Below, piece by piece: positions 17,541 to 22,062 of a stretch of DNA of 22,062 nucleotides. Source of the stretch: Verrucomicrobiota bacterium. Its GTDB lineage: Bacteria > Verrucomicrobiota > Verrucomicrobiia > Limisphaerales > CANJXF01. Under the pieces are notes generated by a model. That model searched no databases. It had not been told where the DNA came from and saw nothing but the letters and a program-made list of their open reading frames with translations. Each line of letters starts with the position of its first letter. Position 1 is the stretch's first letter. The DNA is taken from the NCBI GenBank assembly GCA_038214755.1, contig JBBQRQ010000083.1, forward strand, positions 1 to 22,062. The letters are read 5' to 3'. A program made the position numbers and the translations under genes.

Positions 17541-18398
17541 TTATTTCATCCACGCCGGGAAGAAATTCGGCCCCTGCGTGTTGACAAAATTAACGTCGTA
17601 ATTTCTATGCCAATCCAGCGACCAGAGTTTGCGAGGCCGCGAGCGACGAGCCGAACCATCAAAGAAAACAAGCTGTGATCCTTTCCCGTGGCGGTTCATG
17701 GCAAAGTGTTTGAAGTCGTATCCGCTCCCGCTCCATTCCCCGTTGAAAGCGGGCGGCGTAAATTTATTTCCGGTGGTATCCGGCCCGCCGCCACGCCACA
17801 TGGCATCGGCCATTAACGGGGTATCACTGGGATGTTTCGCTCTGGTCAGATTGCCAAAATAATTTGCCACCGGGCGACTCTGCTTCACCGCCTTGGCCGC
17901 GTAGATCCAGACGTTCGCTCCGTAACTGGCATATAATCTCCCTCCTGTCGTCGGGTCCGTCACGCCCGCCGCAAACCGGTGCATCGTTGTCGGCCCGCCC
18001 TGATCCGCAGCTGCGCTATCTATCGTGCTGTCCACTGGGAGCTCACCCATGCCGGTTCCTTGACTCCCGGAATTTCTTCGTTTCGCCGCCGGGTCCACCA
18101 ACAGATAAGGTTTTTTATCGTAGTATCGGGTCAGCGCAATCGCCCATTCGCCGCGCGCGGCATCCGGGTCGCCGGGAATATCCCGCTCTCCATCGCTGAA
18201 CGATCCGAAATCATCGGTGTAAAAATGCCAGATCAATCCCCACTGCCGCAGATTGGACAAACAAGAAACGCCGTGCGCCTTCTGTTTGGCTTTGGCCAGC
18301 GCGGGCAAAAGCAATCCCGCCAAAATGGCGATGATGGCAATCACCACCAGTAGTTCAATCAGTGTGAATCCGTTTGCGCGCGTTGGTTTGAATTTCAT
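17541..18398 (-). CDS. Prepilin-type N-terminal cleavage/methylation domain protein with C-terminal H-X9-DG motif
   Basis: [29 protein letters not shown]...C.SNLRQ at the N-terminus; [14 protein letters not shown] (H-X9-DG) near the C-terminus. Start ATG 18398. Confidence 0.95.
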   Translation of the reverse strand: MKFKPTRANGFTLIELLVVIAIIAILAGLLLPALAKAKQKAHGVSCLSNLRQWGLIWHFYTDDFGSFSDGERDIPGDPDAARGEWAIALTRYYDKKPYLLVDPAAKRRNSGSQGTGMGELPVDSTIDSAAADQGGPTTMHRFAAGVTDPTTGGRLYASYGANVWIYAAKAVKQSRPVANYFGNLTRAKHPSDTPLMADAMWRGGGPDTTGNKFTPPAFNGEWSGSGYDFKHFAMNRHGKGSQLVFFDGSARRSRPRKLWSLDWHRNYDVNFVNTQGPNFFPAWMK

Positions 18399-18505
18399 AA
18401 GAAAATAAAATACTCGGTTCGGTTCGCTTGTCTGTGGGGTCATTCGGATTTTTATTTTTCCCCCAAATAGAATCAAGAGCTTTCAATCAGGCTTCACTGA
18501 TTCGT

Positions 18506-18716
18506 CTAGCCGTCGAAGGAAGGAGGCGGAGTGGTCGTTCTTAAACCGCGCTCCGCCTATCCCTGAACCCTCAAGGTAGGGCGCGTCACTCCGTGCGCGC
18601 CGCATTTGGCTTGGCGTCGCCACGGCGCGCACAGAGTGACGCGCCCTACCAAAGTTGACCGGTTCATGTGCCGACGCCTCAACTTTCCGTTGCTGGGTTC
18701 TCACGTCGGCGGCTAC
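18506..18716. repeat. Nested REP-like composite: degenerate outer GTAG pair, TGAACC/GGTTCA wrapper, inner GTAG pair
   Basis: Outer CTAGCCGTCGAAGGAAGGAGGCGGA (18506-18530) and CTCACGTCGGCGGCTAC (18700-18716). CCTGAACC (18562-18569) and GGTTCATG (18661-18668). Inner pair 18575-18650 matches 13502-13576. Confidence 0.8.
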
Positions 18717-18756
18717 GGGGTATCAGGAACTCGTAACCAAATTATTCGCCCATCCT

Positions 18757-20103
18757 TTACGCCAGCTTCCAACCCTGCCGATATTCGCGACGAACGATTC
18801 GCGCGGCTTCCGGCGCATTTTTCACTTTCAGATTTTTCGCGTCCCACTCGATTTTTTTTCCAACACGATGCGCGACATTGCCGAGATGATTGGCTTCGGT
18901 CAGCGCGCCGGAATAATCAAAATGGCAAGTAGTCGGCGCGCCGGTTTTGCAGGCGTGAATCCATTCTTCGTGGTGGCCGAGCGATTCTGGAATGAACGGC
19001 GTTGGCGGCTTGAAATCTTTGAAATCATTTTCCGGCAACAAAACGTGCTTGCCATAATCGGAGAGCAACATTCCTTTGTCGCCGATGAACAAATGGCCGC
19101 TGTCCCACTTGGGAATTTTTCCCTCGTTCCAAATTTGCGGCTTGAGGTCGCCTTGATACCACGAAAGTTTTATCGGAGGCAACTCGCCGCGCGCACCGTA
19201 TTCGTAAGTCACGCTCATCGTCGCCGGCGCTGTTTCCGGATTTGGTTTTCTTCCATCCGCTTCGACCGTCAGCGGATGGCGAAGCTGCAACGCCCAAAAC
19301 GCCAGGTCGTTGTAGTGCGCTCCCAAATCGGACATCGTGCCGCCGCCGAAATCCCAAAATTTATACCAACGCGGTGTTCCATGCGGGACGATGTATTCGG
19401 GATGAAACGGACGTTCCGGCGCGGGGCCGATCCACAGGTCCCAGTGCAAACCGGGGGGAACAGGCGGCGTTTCTTTCGGGCGATCTCCATCACCCCACGC
19501 GCGCGAAACCCAAACATGCGCCTCACGCACCGGCCCAATCGCGCCGCTCTGAATCAATTCCACGACGCGCCGATAATTATTCGTCGCATGAATCTGCGTG
19601 CCCATTTGCGTGGCAACTTTTGCTTTCTTCGCCGCTTCGGTAATCATGCGTGCTTCCCAAATCGAATGCGTCAGCGGCTTCTCGCAATAAACATGTTTGC
19701 CGGCTTTGAGCGCGAGCATGGTGGCGAAGGCGTGTGTGTGTTCCGTGGTGCTGATTACCACGGCGTCAAAATCGTTCAACTCATCAAAAAGTTTTCGGAA
19801 ATCGACAAACTTTTTCGCATTGGGATGTTTGACGGCGGCGGCGTCCAGATTGGTTTCGCTAACGTCACAGAGCGCCACGATGTTTTCGCTGCTGACATCA
19901 TTTAAATTTGACGCGCCGCGCCCGCCCACGCCGATGACCGCGATGTTCAATTTTTCATTGGGCGATTTGAGTTTTGGTTTGGCGTAAATTTTTCCAGTCA
20001 GGGCCGCGCTCGCAGCGAGAGTCGAGGCGTAAATAAATTTTCGCCGATTGATTCCTGTTTGCACGACAATGACTTTTTTCTCCCGCGAAATGGATTTGGA
20101 CAT
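18757..20103 (-). CDS. Gfo/Idh/MocA family oxidoreductase with Tat signal peptide
   Basis: NRRKFI twin-arginine signal; [40 protein letters not shown]. Confidence 0.95.
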   Translation of the reverse strand: MSKSISREKKVIVVQTGINRRKFIYASTLAASAALTGKIYAKPKLKSPNEKLNIAVIGVGGRGASNLNDVSSENIVALCDVSETNLDAAAVKHPNAKKFVDFRKLFDELNDFDAVVISTTEHTHAFATMLALKAGKHVYCEKPLTHSIWEARMITEAAKKAKVATQMGTQIHATNNYRRVVELIQSGAIGPVREAHVWVSRAWGDGDRPKETPPVPPGLHWDLWIGPAPERPFHPEYIVPHGTPRWYKFWDFGGGTMSDLGAHYNDLAFWALQLRHPLTVEADGRKPNPETAPATMSVTYEYGARGELPPIKLSWYQGDLKPQIWNEGKIPKWDSGHLFIGDKGMLLSDYGKHVLLPENDFKDFKPPTPFIPESLGHHEEWIHACKTGAPTTCHFDYSGALTEANHLGNVAHRVGKKIEWDAKNLKVKNAPEAARIVRREYRQGWKLA

Positions 20104-20222
20104 GGAGTTTTCCTACGCCCCATCGCATTTCTACACAAGCAGAAATACCAGGCGCAGCGCTGTGGAGTGCGGGGACATGGCCTTGTCATTACCCATATCG
20201 GCGAAACGATTTCCGGCCAACT

Positions 20223-20245
20223 GCCGATCGGGAGATCGGCGTTCC
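20223..20245. repeat. Single REP-like hairpin (GGAACGCCGATCTCCCGATCGGC on the minus strand)
   Basis: GCCGATC-GGGA-GATCGGC perfect 7-bp stem with a GGAAC foot, in a divergent intergenic region. Confidence 0.5.
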
Positions 20246-20339
20246 TTCTTTTGGACAAGGACGGTCAGTCAGTCACCTCAGGCCGAAATCGCTGTCTGCC
20301 TGATGGAAATTTTTTTTCCAATTAGCAACCGTGACGGCC

Positions 20340-21206
20340 ATGTCAGAACCCAAAAAAAGAAAATTACGTCCGGAACAAAAACAGAAATCGCAGCCGGGTC
20401 GGGAGTACAAAATGCGGCCGCAGCCGGAATCGAAACCGGAGTTGCCCAAAGGAATGGGCAAGTTGGAGGGAAAAGTCGCGCTCATCACCGGCGGCGACAG
20501 CGGAATTGGGCGCGCGGTGGCAATCGCGTTTGCGCGGGAAGGCGCGAATGTGGCGATTGTTTATTTGAATGAACACAAAGATGCAAAGGAAACAGCGCGC
20601 CTGGTTGAGCAGGAAAATCGCCGATGCCTTTTGATGGCAGGAGATATTGGCCGTGAAAAATTTTGCAAAAACGCGGTTGCGCAAACAGTGAAAGAATTTG
20701 GACGACTCGACATTCTGGTCAACAACGCCGCTGAACAACATCCGCAGGAAAGTCTGAAAAAAATTTCCGAGAAACAATTGGAGCGAACGTTTCGCACGAA
20801 TATTTTTTCGTATTTCTTTTTTGCCAAGGCGGCGTTGCGCTACTTGAAAGAAGGCGCGGCCATCATCAATACAACTTCCGTCACGGCCTACCGCGGGAGC
20901 GGGCATCTCATTGATTACGCTTCGACCAAAGGGGCGATCGTCGCCTTCACTCGCTCGCTTTCGGAAAATTTGGCGGAGAAAAAAATCCGCGTAAATGGAG
21001 TCGCCCCCGGCCCGGTCTGGACGCCCTTGATTCCCGCGACATTTCCGGCGAAAGACGTGGCGAAGTTCGGGTCCGATGTTCCGCTGCGACGCGCGGGCGA
21101 ACCTTCCGAAATCGCTCCGTGCTACGTGTTTCTGGCGTCGCAGGATTCCTCCTACATGACCGGACAAGTGCTGCATCCCAACGGCGGAGAAATTATTAAC
21201 GGCTAA
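20340..21206 (+). CDS. SDR family oxidoreductase (general-stress-protein YdaD/YhxD-like subgroup)
   Basis: QPG.E..M.P.P N-terminal extension; ALITGGDSGIGRA; LVNNAAEQ; YASTK catalytic motif; VAPGPVWTPLIP; GQVLHPNGG. Confidence 0.95.
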   Translation: MSEPKKRKLRPEQKQKSQPGREYKMRPQPESKPELPKGMGKLEGKVALITGGDSGIGRAVAIAFAREGANVAIVYLNEHKDAKETARLVEQENRRCLLMAGDIGREKFCKNAVAQTVKEFGRLDILVNNAAEQHPQESLKKISEKQLERTFRTNIFSYFFFAKAALRYLKEGAAIINTTSVTAYRGSGHLIDYASTKGAIVAFTRSLSENLAEKKIRVNGVAPGPVWTPLIPATFPAKDVAKFGSDVPLRRAGEPSEIAPCYVFLASQDSSYMTGQVLHPNGGEIING

Positions 21207-21212
21207 TATTTC

Positions 21213-21292
21213 TTTGTAGCGGCGCGTCTATGACCGCCGCTAGACAAAGGCGAAAAAAAAATCAGCGGCGGTCATAGACACGCCGCTACAAA
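21213..21292. repeat. REP-like inverted doublet, GTAG foot, between convergent genes (could also act as a bidirectional terminator)
   Basis: TTTGTAGCGGCGCGTCTATGACCGCCGCT and inverted AGCGGCGGTCATAGACACGCCGCTACAAA, with T-rich and A-rich flanks. Confidence 0.85.
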
Positions 21293-21298
21293 AGAAAT

Positions 21299-21961
<663 letters not shown>

Positions 21962-21962
21962 G

Positions 21963-22061
21963 GTGTGCTGCCGAGTTGCACTCGGCAGTTAGAGGCCTGC
22001 CGAGTGCAACACGGCAGCGCAGGGCCAAGCCGAATAAGCCGAGTTGAAATCGGCACCACAC
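21963..22061. repeat. Three-hairpin REP-like element within the argS reading frame
   Basis: Arms GTGTGCTGCCGAGTTGCACTCGGCAG (21963-21988), CTGCCGAGTGCAACACGGCAGCGCA (21997-22021) and GCCGAGTTGAAATCGGCACCACAC (22038-22061). Inverted GTGTG/CACAC ends. Confidence 0.85.
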
Positions 22062-22062
22062 T

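Noticed and set aside
18655..19905. 416-aa plus-strand ORF
   Set aside because: Antisense shadow of the Gfo/Idh/MocA gene, with no motifs of its own.
20364..21176. 270-aa minus-strand ORF
   Set aside because: Antisense shadow of the SDR gene.

Overview
Chromosomal segment of a Gram-negative bacterium. Gene style points to Verrucomicrobiota, probably Pedosphaerales/Limisphaerales-like (inference from the prepilin/H-X9-DG protein, a Tat-signal Gfo/Idh/MocA enzyme, an RFYRV-type C-terminal domain and the repeat families). Core genes are lpxB, a dnaB-bamA-skp cluster, gnd and the 3' part of argS, with a GT-C-type membrane glycosyltransferase, a Gfo/Idh/MocA oxidoreductase and an SDR. Between lpxB and dnaB (about 1.6-8.9 kb) lies an accessory block: a small orphan protein plus a divergent second Omp85-family barrel, small hypothetical genes, a secreted cyclophilin, and a partly collapsed defence islet (PLD nuclease-wHTH, ParB-like protein, 5'-truncated HNH nuclease, remnant of an MmeI-like type IIL R-M gene). 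The window is rich in small repeats. Several families of REP-like hairpin doublets occur, some nested. GAAC-core 7-bp tandem repeats occur between genes and inside lpxB, the glycosyltransferase and argS. A REP-like element interrupts argS at the right edge and carries an in-frame stop. No rRNA, tRNA, CRISPR array or intact transposase was seen.
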